Below are positions 1-10,750 of a DNA stretch of 64,000 nt, piece after piece; within the stretch, counting starts at the first letter, position 1, and each line of letters opens with the position of its first letter. This DNA comes from Lama glama (lineage: Eukaryota). The translations under genes were made by a program, and so were the position numbers. The stretch is from contig CM052851.1 in the NCBI GenBank assembly GCA_028534125.1, forward strand, positions 8,618,001 through 8,682,000. The letters are read 5' to 3'. The notes under the pieces were generated by a model that saw nothing but the letters and a program-made list of their open reading frames with translations, was not told where the DNA came from and made no database searches.

Positions 1-176
1 AGGCCCATGGGCCGACCCCGCGCTACTTCACCTGGGAGGAGGTGGCGCAGCGCTCGGGACGCGACAAAGAGCGATGGCTCGTGATTGACCGGAAGGTATA
101 CAACATCAGCGAGTTCACCAGACGGCACCCGGGAGGTTCCCGGGTCCTCAGCCACTACGCGGGGCAGGATGCCACG
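1..176 (+). CDS. FADS1: FADS1 exon 1 (partial; frame starts at base 3)
   Basis: [58 protein letters not shown], donor ACG|GTGAGC. Confidence 0.95.
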
Positions 177-3100
177 GTGAGCGCTGCCAGACAGGGACAC
201 AGGGTGAGGCCGGGCCGGGCGGCCAGGGCCGGAGCTCAGTGCGCGAGACAGGAAGTTTGGCATCCGCGGCCGAACACTCACTTATTTGGGGAAAAGCCGG
301 GAGGCGTCGGAGCATACCTGTTGCCGGGTGACTGAATGTGCTGCGTAGGCGGGATGCAAGGGCAGGAGAGAGGCTGTGAAAAGTGCAGTCTGGGGAGTAG
401 GGATGGAGGCTGGCAACGTGCACACACAAAGGGCCGCGCCGTCCGTCCCTGCGCTCCGTCTGCGACCCCGAGTCTGAGGTCTCCTGGCGTCGACAGGCCC
501 TAGAGCAAGGCTGAGGGAGGAGAGGAAGGAGAGCGGGGATACTGGGTCCCGGGGACGACCGTACTGCCGAGACCTCGAGAGGAGGGGTCAGTGGCAGGGA
601 GAGGGGTTCTTGACCTGTCTTGGTGGCCAGGAGGGGAGCGCTGTCACTTCTGGACCGAGCGTGCTGAGCTATACTGGCTAGCGCGGGCAGGACAGAGAAC
701 GAGGGAACTCGGGGGGTATATCTGAGGCGTACGCGCTGTACAGGTGAAGACGGGAGGGCGGGGAAGGGGCTGCACCGGCTGGAGAGGGCTAGCTCCTGCT
801 CGTGCACGGCAGGGAACTGGTGCTGAAGTATGGGGACTGCATAAGCATGCGCTTAGAGAGGACCCCCTGAGCGAGCCTGGAGTTCTGTGGGGAGGTTACC
901 CAGCCTCAGGCCAGTGGAGTCTCCAGCTATTAACCGCGCAGACAGCTGTTTGCACTCCTGGGCTGTAACCTGGGTGCGGGGTCACATCTCTCCTCCCTCG
1001 GGCAGCACTGCCGAGACAGCGCGCGCCCCAGCCGCGATCCTGCTGCTTGCCTCTTTAGATAACCAGCTCTCGGAACTAAGGCACTTGGCACCTCCTTTCT
1101 GGGTTGGAGAGCTGAGGGTCTTTCCGTGGGACCGAAAGGTTGGAGCGTTCGCTCCGCAGCGTCCCCTCCACCTGTAGCCTAATCCCATTCTTCGGCTTAG
1201 CGGCGTGACCTCTTCCGTTGTCCCTACCCTTCGCCCTGCCATCCCAGAGCGTACCTTGAGTTCCCATTATGTCACGGAGGAACCTAACAGGGTGGGGACC
1301 CACCCTTCCCTCCCACTCATCAGGCCTGGGAGTCGATGCCGGAGCCTACACTCGTCTCCAGAGTGACTACTGGGGAGCTCAGGCGGTGGCTGAAGGCGAA
1401 GGTGTGGATTGGCGCATGCGTAGACGGAGCACCAACCCCAGGTCTTCCTGCAGTGTGACTTGGGGCCGGGTCGGCCGCGGCACGGACCACGATTGGTCCG
1501 GGTGTGTGGTGCCACCGGCTGGGAGCTCCGCCCCGGATCCCTCCTTGCTGCTTCCCCTTAGGGCCTGGGACTGTTTGACCTCCCGGGTTAATTTTGTTAA
1601 TCTCCTCACTGAGGACTTTACCTTGCATAACCCAAATTAGTGCCCTAGAGCAGGGGATGTTCAGAGTGGGAGGGGAAATATGGAACCTCACCCGAAATAG
1701 CAGCAAGAGGGAAGGAAGGGGGAGAAGTGCAAAAGTTCCCTGGTTCCGACACATGGAGTCTCCCTCATCACATTTTATGAGACACCCAGAGGAAAGGTCC
1801 TTCTGTGGTCCCCCTACCGTGTTTCCTATTCCTTGGTGTGGTGCCCCTCTTACTAGAACACTGATGATGAGTGATCCTAAGGTGTGGACACCAGGGACAG
1901 GTCTGAGCATCCTCAAAGGCCAGCCGGCTGGAGGGAGGTGGTATCTGAACTTGACTACAGCCTCCTTACTGAATCAGGAGGATGGCCTTTGGTGTGAGCC
2001 TTCCACAAGCTCACAGGGGCAGGGCTGACTTCCTCACTGTTCTACCTTCTCCTCATCCTTGCAGGATCCCTTTGTGGCATTCCACATCAACAAGGGCCTC
2101 GTGAAGAAGTATATGAACTCTCTCCTGATTGGAGAACTGTCTCCAGAGCAGCCCAGCTTTGAGCCCACTAAGAATGTGAGACTCTGTTTGCTGTTTGGAG
2201 ACCCTGTGGTTTTTGAGGGACAGAGGGTAGAAGGAAGGCATAGGTATGGTCACAGGTAACCACAAGCAGTAGTTTTGGGGTATCTCAAGATCCCTGCTTC
2301 TGGCTTTGGAACCTGTGGTTTTTACAAGGCCACCACCACTACCATCACCATCCTCAACATGAGACCTATCTACCGAACACACATTATGTGCAAAGCATAA
2401 CACTATACAATCCTCACACATTTACAGATGGGAAAACTAAGGCTCAGAGAGCTTAAGCAACATGGCCAAGGATGACACCATTAGTAAATGGCAGAGCAGG
2501 AGCTTGAATTAATTCTGCTTAACTCCAAAGACCACATGCTCTTAGACATGATCCCATAGCACTGCCTCCTGTCATCCTTCCTCAGTGCTGTGGTATCTTT
2601 ACCTAGGACTGTGGGCTCCCCACAGCTACCTTGGTGGGAGGTCTTTGAGCTTAAATGAGTCCTTGTCTCCAGCAGGGTTGGGTTGCATCAGGGAAGAATA
2701 ACACCCCTTCCCTCTCCACTCTTCTACAGAAAGAGCTGACTGATGAGTTCCGGGAGCTGCGGGCCACAGTGGAGCAAATGGGGCTCATGAAGGCCAACCA
2801 TGTCTTCTTCCTGCTACACCTGCTACACATCCTGCTGCTGGATGTTGTTGCCTGGCTCACTCTTTGGATCTTTGGGACATCCTTCATGCCCCTCCTCCTC
2901 TGTACAGCGCTGCTCACCACAGTTCAAGTGAGAGCCCTGGGCTTTTCAAGAGCACAGCTATGCTCAGCATCTGTGGGGAAAGTTCTTTGTACCTTTCAGG
3001 AGGCCAAGGAACCCTCTGACCAGGGCAGAGCTGAGGGCATGTGGGAGAGTTGGTGCAGAAAGAGAACACATTCCTTTGTCTGTGGCTTTTATCTGCTCAT

Positions 3101-6100
3101 CATCACTACATGTGATTCATTTCTCTCATTGCCTCTCTAGCTGCTTCTCCAGGGTCCCCTTCTTCCTGTGGAATTTCTCTTGTGAAACTTCATGTTCAGA
3201 TTCTGCCACAGTCCAGGTGTGCCAAGAACCAAGACTCTGGTTTCTCAGCAAAGCCTGGCTTCCTCCCCACCACAACACTGCCCAACATGCCAATAATGTG
3301 TGGGTCCTAATACCTGGCTGTCAAAATCCATTCGCTAAGCTTTCTACTTGCTTGAGTTTGTCCCTGTTTTCTGTAGTCTGGATGTTCAGTCCATCGTAAG
3401 TTGCAGAACTCCAGGGCTGGGGACACTGAAGAATAGGGAAGGGATAGATTTGCCCTGGCTCTCATGTGAGTTAGTTAGACCCAGGCTTCCTGACTCCTTT
3501 CCTGATGTGCTCTTTTAGGGTACTGCAGGTAGCACAGGCCTAGGTAGATGAAAGAAGAGGGAGAGGCTGAGCAGCTGAGGTCAGTAAGAGGGATGCTGGA
3601 CCGGTGGGCCGCTCTCAGCACTAACCTTTCTCGCCCAGGTCCAGGCTGGCTGGCTGCAGCATGACTTCGGACACCTATCAGTCTTCAGCAGCTCTATGTG
3701 GAACCACCTGCTACATCATTTCGTGATTGGCCACCTGAAGGTCAATGGGATGGGGAGGGGCTCTCTGAAACTCCAGTCAATGAGGGGCTGCGCCGAGGAA
3801 GAGGGACACCAGGCTTTCATACTCAAGTCTCTGCTTTTCCATAGGGGGTCCCTGCCAGTTGGTGGAACCACCTGCACTTTCAGCACCATGCCAAGCCCAA
3901 CTGCTTCCGCAAAGACCCAGACATCAACATGCACCCCATCTTCTTTTCCTTGGGAAAGATCCTCTCTGTAGAGGTGAGCAGAGGTATCATTGAAGGTCTT
4001 GGAGAATAAGGACCAGCGGCACAGAGGGCTTGGGGGGAAGTGTTCACAATGCTGTCAGTGTGGATAAGACACTGTGGGCTGGGCTGGCTGGCTATTTGGA
4101 AGTTATGGGAGGCAACAGGCAGTCAACGGGCTGCCCAGAACAGTGTTACTTGCCATCCCTAGTGAGTTCAAGCCAGCAGATAGTTATTGCAGAAGGGTAC
4201 CGCATGCTGCTAAGGATCCAAAGGTTGACAAGATTGTTGGGCAAACCCTGCTCAGGCTTGAAGGTGATGGGTGGCCCTCCTTGCAGATACTTTTTTTAGA
4301 CATTCCTACCCCAAGCAGTCAACCCCCCGCTCTTTGTATTCCTCTGTCTTAACACTGACATCCGACCATGTCTTCCCCACAAATAGCTACACTGTCTTAC
4401 TATTCTCTGACGTCCATTACCTAGGATGTTCATTCACTGAGTAATTCTTCCCACCTGCCTAATCCTAGTCTGACTTCCTGGGTGGTCAGCATTGAATTTG
4501 AGTTGTCATCTAAGGTTGTGAACAAAAATCATAATGCAGCTGCTAAAGGATGAATGCCTGGGGGTAGATGGAGATCTGGTGAACCCTGAGTGAGCATAAG
4601 GCAATGGAAGGCTGTGAATGACCAGTGGAGTTCTTTGAAAAGTTAATTTAAAACTCGTCCCAAGGCTCTAGGCTGTAGTCAGAGTTCTGCCAGGCCCTCC
4701 TCCCCAACTTTATGACATTTCAGCATGCCAAGAGTTAAACTGTCATCAACTACATTTCAGTTCTAGGCATGAGTTCAAGACAGCCTGGCTCTCCTTTCCT
4801 CTCTAGCCATAAGAAGAACTCTGTGGAAAGGCTTTGGCAGCTCTGGCTGTCCCAGCATCAGCAGCCCTTAACTTGAGGCTTGTGCCTCCTCACCTGGCCA
4901 CAAGGTCTTAATTTTCCCACTTCCTAAAAAGGGATTTAGTTGGTTTGCTGTATGTCCAACACTGCAGATGATGAACCAGCCCTTGGGTGGCTCCTTGGAG
5001 GGTAGTGTGGGTTATTTATTGGGCAGAGCACGGGGCTCTTTTCTGTTGTCACACTATAGAGGATTAAAGAAAAAGATGGGAGTCTTAAGTGGAAGACAAC
5101 CTTCTCACACCACTGCCTCTGTTGCTTCTTGGTACTGGGGATTTCAGGAAACTCCCATCTGTGGACACTAAAAATAGAGAATGATCTGGGACCAAAATAA
5201 CTTTGGGGGGGTGGGCATCTAGTTATGAGACTGAGGATAGGCTAGTCTGTTAGTAAATAGGGCTACAGGCTGCTCGGTGCTTGGTTCAGCCTTGCTAGGT
5301 CCAGTCTGAGTGTTGATCCCTGGGCTGACCCAGTAGCATCCACCTCAGTGTTTCCCAACTCTCCTGGAGAACAAGGAAGTATAGGGGACACTTCACCCTA
5401 AATACAACCTTCCTGGCCTCTGAGAGTTGAAACAGTGGGGCAGTTAGGATCATAATGGCATTTGACTGCCATTCAAGGAGGCAGCCAGTGGTCAAGGCTC
5501 CCTTCCATAACAGTCTCTCGAAAGGAGGCTGGAGTTCTGCTCACCCACCCACCAAATAAGACAGATGTTCTCTACTGGCCTCCCCCTCTCGGTTAATGTT
5601 GCATGGGGATGAACTTCACCCCCATCTCCAGTTCATCAGCAAGCCTTGCTGCCTCCAAAGCATATCCCAATCCATTGACTTATACATCTCCCCTGCCTCC
5701 CATCCCCAGGTCTGGTCCATCTCAGGTCTGGATTGTTGTTCCAAACTCCTCACTGGTCTTCCTTCCACTTACAGTTCATTTTCCCCACCGCTAGCCAGAG
5801 TGAGCCTTTAAAGCACAAAGCAGGTAATGCCACACCTGTTGAAAGGCCTCCAGGGTTTCCTATCATTGGAATAAACTCCTTACATAGCCTTACCAGGGCT
5901 TCTTAAGGCCTAACATGATTTGGCCGTCCCTAGTTTTCTGGCTGTATCAGCCATTCTCTCCTGTTGCCTATATTCCCAGCCATACTGGTCTTTCCATCCC
6001 TTGAACATCCCAAACCTTTGTTTACCCTGCTTTAACTGCTCTTACCCCCAGTGTCTACTCTGCTGGCTTCTTTTCATCATTCAGGTCAGCTCCCATGACA

Positions 6101-9100
6101 GGACCCCAGGGAAGCCATGTGTGACTACCCTCCCTCACTTTCTATCATACTTTCCTGTTTTTAATATGTAATTACTTTGAGCTCTGTTTACAAATTTATC
6201 ACCAGCTTCCTCTCCTCAGATTATAAGCTCCACAAGGGTAGGAATTTTGTGTTATTCACCTCTGTGTATCCTCATACCTAGAACAGTGCCCCACACTTAG
6301 CAGATGTTCAGTAAATATTTGTGCAATGAATCAGTTAATGTAGAAAGAATGCTTCATTTAGCAGAAGTAGCTTGCACAGAATAAGGGCTCAATAAATGAC
6401 CTGTCAGAACAGAGAGTGGAATCTTGAAAAAAGGATGAGCCAGCATTCTACTCTGGGGTAGAGTTCCTCCTGTGCTCTGTGGTCACCTGGTCACCAGAAC
6501 CAACCGGGGCATAAGGAGCAGAAGGAGCCATCAAATGAGACCACAGAGCTTTGCTGTCATGTTTCTGTGTACTCACAGCAGGGGTTCCAGGCTGACTGGC
6601 TGACCTGGTGGCCCCAGCCTGCCTCTACAGCAGCTCAGCTTACAAAATCAGCACCACCAAGGGAAGACCTTGCCAGAACCTTCAGATTGCCAAGTTGTTC
6701 TTGGTATTCTTTCCCCAAATATTTGCCAAACATTGATTAGCTTTCAAGGGATTTTAAAAGGTTCATGCTGACATTTGAAGAGACTAAAAGACTTTGGAGA
6801 AGATCAGGGGCTGGATGTAGAGGAATACTGCCCAGTATAGGGGTAAAAATGGTTGTCTGTAGAGACCCTGATGTCAAAAAAGTAGCAGATGGAGAAAGGA
6901 ACGGGGAGGGGGCTGGAAACCTGATGGGTGTCTCTGGACGAACACAAGGAGCCCTGAGGACCCACGGACTGTTGTGCTCACGCCTTGTGTGGGTGCAGGC
7001 CCCCAGGCCCCCTGCCGTGGTGTGGTGCATTTGGCAAACGGCAGCCCGGGCCTCATGTGCCAGGTGCTGGAGGTAAGGCTGGGCCTGTTGGAGCCTTCCA
7101 ATGACACCAACAAGCCGACAGCCCCTCCAGTAGGCGTCAGCGCCTAAGGGGAGAAAGCCGAGGTCACAAGGGGAGAGGCATGAGTGACTGGTCTGTAAGT
7201 GCTGACTTGTGTTTGCTTTGCTTCACAGCTTGGGAAACAGAAGAAAAAGTACATGCCATACAACCACCAGCACAAATACTTTTTCCTGAGTGAGTGTCCT
7301 CATCCAACATGCCGGGCTGCCTTGGCAGGGGCTGTTGAAGGGGTGTGAGGAAGAAATGGCTCTCCAGGGATCATGGTATTTGAAGTGAAGGCCGGAGGAA
7401 GTTCTCCACCTCTAACAGGGACCCTGCAAGGGGGCAGCTGCCTTCTCAAGGAGCAAAATCAAGAGTTAGGCTAATGTTTGGTCAAAGGTCACTTGTATGG
7501 GGGGCAAACTAGCTTCTCCGGACCCACCCTGGCATGTACAAGAGAACTGAGTGGTAGGAGGCCATCCCAATTAAATCTAAGACCTCACTTTAAATTTTGT
7601 TAGACACAGACCAGGGCCAAGGTGACTCAGTGGGGCACAGTCCAACCCCCAGGGGAACAAAGGCAGGCTAGCTATGGGAGGACCCAAAGAGGGAGCTGAG
7701 GAGGAGAAAACACTTCGGTGGTTGTCTTAAGCTCTTTCTGAAGACTGCTATAAATTCCCTGCTTTAAAAGTCTGCTCTATAATGCCTCAAAATTTCTTAA
7801 GCTCCTTTAAAAATTCACATTTTGAAAAGGAAAGGAGGAATTTATCTTAACTGCCTATTACCAACCATCCCTACTGGAGAAAGTGGAGTGGGATAGAAGG
7901 GTGGAGCAGAAATGTTCGGACAGGGCAACTCTGGGAGTATCAGCAGTGCCTTTTTAAAGGCAGGGGAAGGGGGAGGGTATAGCTCAGTGATAGAGTGCAT
8001 GCTTAGCATGCACAAGGTCCCAGGTTTGATCTCTAGCACCTCCATTAAATAAATAAACCTAATTACCACTACCTCCCCCCAAAAAATAATTAAAAAAAAA
8101 AGTTAAAGGCATGGAAGCGGAGCACTTCCCACTGGTGGAGCTTGTTTCCCCAGCTGTCCTCTTCCACTGAAAATGCCAGGCTGCCCCGCAACCCCTGGGC
8201 TGGCATCCTCGTGGGAGACTTTGCTTTCTTCAAGCTTGCCTTCATGCCCGCCTTCCGTGCTGTCAGTCCTGTTGGACTGAGGAGTGCAAGGCAGCTAGAG
8301 GGCAATAGGAGGAGATGGCAGAGGGGGCAGCCCGTGCTGGAAGCCGTCTGTCCAGCACCAGCTGGCCCTTAAATGACCCTCATGCTGCTCACACCTCCTC
8401 CCTTGTCTCCATTTCATTCCTAGTTGGGCCCCCAGCCTTGGTGCCTTTCTTCTTCCAGTGGTATGTTTTCTATTTTGTTTTCAAGAGGAAGAAGTGGGTG
8501 GTAAGTATCCATGGCTCTAAAATCCCACATCCTTTGTCTCCAGTACCCTGAGGGATGGGAAAGGGGTTCCCCGGGGGAAATCCCACTGAGATTTTTCTCC
8601 AGGCCTAATTTAGAGCAAAGTAGAGCCAGGTATAGATGTTCCTTCTCTCTAGGTGAGGTGATTTGGGCTCAGCAGGCAGCCTGACTCCTAATGCCCTATT
8701 TCACTAACTCAGTATCTCCTGAGGTTATTGTACTGGACTTAATAAAGCCAGGGGCTAGGCTGGGGAGGGGGAAGATGAATAAGAGATGGCACCTACTCTC
8801 AGGAAACTTCTGATGAAGCAGGATGTGGTTGACACCAGAGAAGAGGTACAGGCAGAATGTTCTGGGATTCCAAAAGGGACCTGACTGCATCTGGCTGGAT
8901 AGCAGGCATCAGAAAAGACTTTGTGAAGTCACTTTTCTAGCCAGACTTGGAGGACAGGCAGAGGTGGAGGAATGGGAATGGACTCTGAGCAGAGAAGCTG
9001 GGACTTAAGGGGCAAATGGCCACTAGACATGTTGTGGAGGACTTGGTTGTCAGGGGAGGAGTGTGGTGTGGAAAACTGATTGGAGATTTGACCAGGGCAC

Positions 9101-10750
9101 TGGCACAGACTGAGCCATGGTCCTGGAAGTTTCATTTGGCAGCATGATGAAGGGATGAAGGACGGAGATGGGTTGAGAGGAACTGGAGGCAGGGCGACCT
9201 GACAACTGTGAAGGAAACAGGCAAGGGGGGCTGGGGGACACCACTAGGAATGGAAGGAAGGCACAGTGGCCCCGGATGGTGCAGGACTGGGCAGCTGAGA
9301 GAGGCTGCCGTGACTGCTTCATTCTGAGGACCTGGGAGAAGGGCTGCACCATGTGAAGAAGTAGGTGCCGTGAGAGAAGAGGTGCTGTGTGCCAGTCGCA
9401 GTGCTCTCTGCCTCTCACTGCAGGACCTGGCCTGGATGACCTCCTTCTATGCCCGTGTTTTGCTCACTTATGTGCCACTGCTGGGACTGAAAGGCTTCCT
9501 GGGCCTTTTCTTCATTGTCAGGTAGTGTTTGATAGGGGAGGAGGGACTGGCGCAGAGAAGCAGATGTTTGGGAGTAACCAGTCTGGTCTGGGGGCTGTGC
9601 TGGGGCTTCAGACAGCCTGGCTGAGGGAGGGTAAGAATCTGAGCTCTGCTTGTAGTGGTTTCATCTGTGTGCCAAATCCACCAGGCTCCTGGAAAGCAAC
9701 TGGTTTGTGTGGGTGACACAGATGAACCATATCCCCATGCACATGGATCACGACCAGAACGTGGACTGGGTCTCCACTCAGGTGAGGGACAGTCACTTGG
9801 AATACCTGGGCGTAACACAACTAATTAAAAGGGTGGGTGGGCACAGATGCAGGGTAGAGAGTAGGGGGCAGTAACAACAGAAGTTCCCAAACCCTGCCTC
9901 ATTGGCTTGAAACTTCTCTCCTGCCACCATGTGGAGAAGAGGACCAAGGACAGTCCAGCTTTGCCTGGAGAAGGCTGGGCTTGGGCTGGCCCTTCCATCC
10001 GGTCCCTGAGCCCTGCTCCCACTAACCTTTTGCTCCAGATCCAGGCAACATGCAATGTCCACAAGTCAGCCTTCAATGACTGGTTCACTGGCCACCTCAA
10101 CTTCCAGATTGAGCACCAGTGAGTAAGGAGGCCTGGGAGGCAGGGACCTGGGGAGGGTCCATGTAGGAGGGGAACAGGGGGAGCAGAGGAGTCGGAGACA
10201 CTCGACTGTTCCTTGTTCTCCCTGAAGTCTTTTTCCCATGATGCCTCGACACAATTACCACAAAGTGGCTCCCCTGGTGAAGTCTCTGTGTGCCAAGCAT
10301 GGCATAGAGTACCAGTCCAAGCCCCTGCTCTCAGCCTTCGCTGACATTATCCAGTGAGTATTTGAACCTGGGAAGAGGGCTGGGAGGGCGGGGAGAGGGC
10401 AGGGCCGTGGGGGCAGTGGTGAAGTGCGGGGTGGGAGCAACAAGCAGGTTTCCTTGGTTGTTGGGAATGGAGGGCACCAAGGTAAGGGCAGGGCGCTCTA
10501 CTGGCCTTGTGGCCAGTTCAGGCCTTTGCTCTCAGTGCCATGGCCCAAGGTCTTTCTCAGAAGTGAAGGGGGCCTTACACCAGGGAGAGCAGCCTCCATA
10601 CCTCTCTAAGAGCCACACTGCTACCTTTCTGGTGGGTAGCTTGGTTTTTAGGCTTTGCCCTGTCTCCCTCACTGCTTGCTCCCATCTTGCCCCCACAGCT
10701 CACTGAAGGACTATGGGCAGATCTGGCTAGATGCCTATCTTCACCAATAA
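1..10750 (+). CDS. FADS1: Fatty acid desaturase 1 (acyl-CoA delta-5 desaturase), 5'-partial; join(<1..176,2065..2175,2730..2927,3639..3740,3845..3973,7229..7289,8424..8500,9424..9521,9685..9781,10039..10118,10228..10353,10699..10750)
   Basis: Exons assembled by hand with GT-AG boundaries and consistent phases. Translation has the cytochrome b5 HPGG motif, the three His boxes HDFGH, HFQHH and QIEHH, and C-terminus WLDAYLHQ*. Start codon lies left of the window. Confidence 0.97.
318..460 (-). other. FADS2: Putative FADS2 alternative first exon (antisense, in FADS1 intron 1); 5' boundary uncertain
   Basis: Minus-strand donor CAACAG|GTATGC at 318/317. The upstream frame reads [31 protein letters not shown], resembling the human FADS2 alternative N-terminus as I recall it. 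Confidence 0.55.
1408..1534. promoter_or_regulatory. Intronic promoter-like module: two ATTGG (CCAAT) boxes, NRF1-like site, GC box; orthologous to the human MIR1908 region
   Basis: ATTGG 1408-1412 and 1492-1496; GCGCATGCG 1412-1420; CCGCCCC 1528-1534. Confidence 0.55.
2065..2175 (+). CDS. FADS1: FADS1 exon 2
   Basis: ttgcag|GATCCC...AAT|gtgaga; [11 protein letters not shown]...EPTKN. Confidence 0.95.
2416..2545 (+). mobile_element. MIR SINE fragment
   Basis: Core TTTACAGATGGGAAAACTAAGGCTCAGAGAG...GGCAGAGCAGGAGCTTGAA. Confidence 0.75.
2730..2927 (+). CDS. FADS1: FADS1 exon 3
   Basis: ctacag|AAAGAG...CAA|gtgaga; [13 protein letters not shown]...LLTTVQ. Confidence 0.95.
3639..3740 (+). CDS. 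FADS1: FADS1 exon 4 (His box 1)
   Basis: gcccag|GTCCAG...AAG|gtcaat; [16 protein letters not shown]...IGHLK. Confidence 0.95.
3845..3973 (+). CDS. FADS1: FADS1 exon 5 (His box 2)
   Basis: ccatag|GGGGTC...GAG|gtgagc; [26 protein letters not shown]...LSVE. Confidence 0.95.
5600..6335 (+). mobile_element. L2 LINE 3' fragment (bounds approximate)
   Basis: Typical L2 tail: ATAAGCTCCACAAGGG...CCTAGAACAGTGCC...CAGTAAATATTTGTG.AATGAAT. Confidence 0.7.
7229..7289 (+). CDS. FADS1: FADS1 exon 6
   Basis: tcacag|CTTGGG...CTGA|gtgagt; [20 protein letters not shown]. Confidence 0.95.
7970..8101 (+). mobile_element. tRNA-Ala-derived SINE (camelid Vic-1-like)
   Basis: GGGGAGGGTATAGCTCAGTGATAGAGTGCATGCTTAGCATGCAC head with A/B-box-like elements, A-rich tail, imperfect TSD AAAGGCAGGGGAAG (7956-7969) / AAAGGCATGGAAG (8105-8117) at a TT/AAAG site. 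Confidence 0.85.
8424..8500 (+). CDS. FADS1: FADS1 exon 7
   Basis: tcctag|TTGGGC...GTG|gtaagt; [26 protein letters not shown]. Confidence 0.95.
9424..9521 (+). CDS. FADS1: FADS1 exon 8
   Basis: ctgcag|GACCTG...GTCAG|gtagtg; [33 protein letters not shown]. Confidence 0.95.
9685..9781 (+). CDS. FADS1: FADS1 exon 9
   Basis: caccag|GCTCCT...CAG|gtgagg; [32 protein letters not shown]. Confidence 0.95.
10039..10118 (+). CDS. FADS1: FADS1 exon 10 (His box 3)
   Basis: ctccag|ATCCAG...CACCA|gtgagt; [26 protein letters not shown]. Confidence 0.95.
10228..10353 (+). CDS. FADS1: FADS1 exon 11
   Basis: ctgaag|TCTTTT...ATCCA|gtgagt; [42 protein letters not shown]. Confidence 0.95.
10699..10750 (+). CDS. 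FADS1: FADS1 exon 12 coding part
   Basis: ccacag|CTCACTG...CACCAATAA; [17 protein letters not shown]. Confidence 0.95.

Larger units (their letters stand above)
1..1550. promoter_or_regulatory. CpG island over FADS1 exon 1 / intron 1
   Basis: Dense CpG and high GC through about 1540, then abrupt CpG depletion. Confidence 0.85.

Noticed and set aside
148-807. 219-aa minus-strand ORF in FADS1 intron 1
   Set aside because: CpG-island ORF in a different frame from the FADS2-like exon peptide, with no domain similarity.
1467-1540. MIR1908 as an ncRNA gene
   Set aside because: Seed region differs from human and the conserved bases coincide with CCAAT and GC boxes. Reported as a regulatory finding instead.
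7970-8045. tRNA-Ala gene (also 18175-18250)
   Set aside because: Mutated arms, an A-rich SINE tail and target-site duplications show these are SINE heads.
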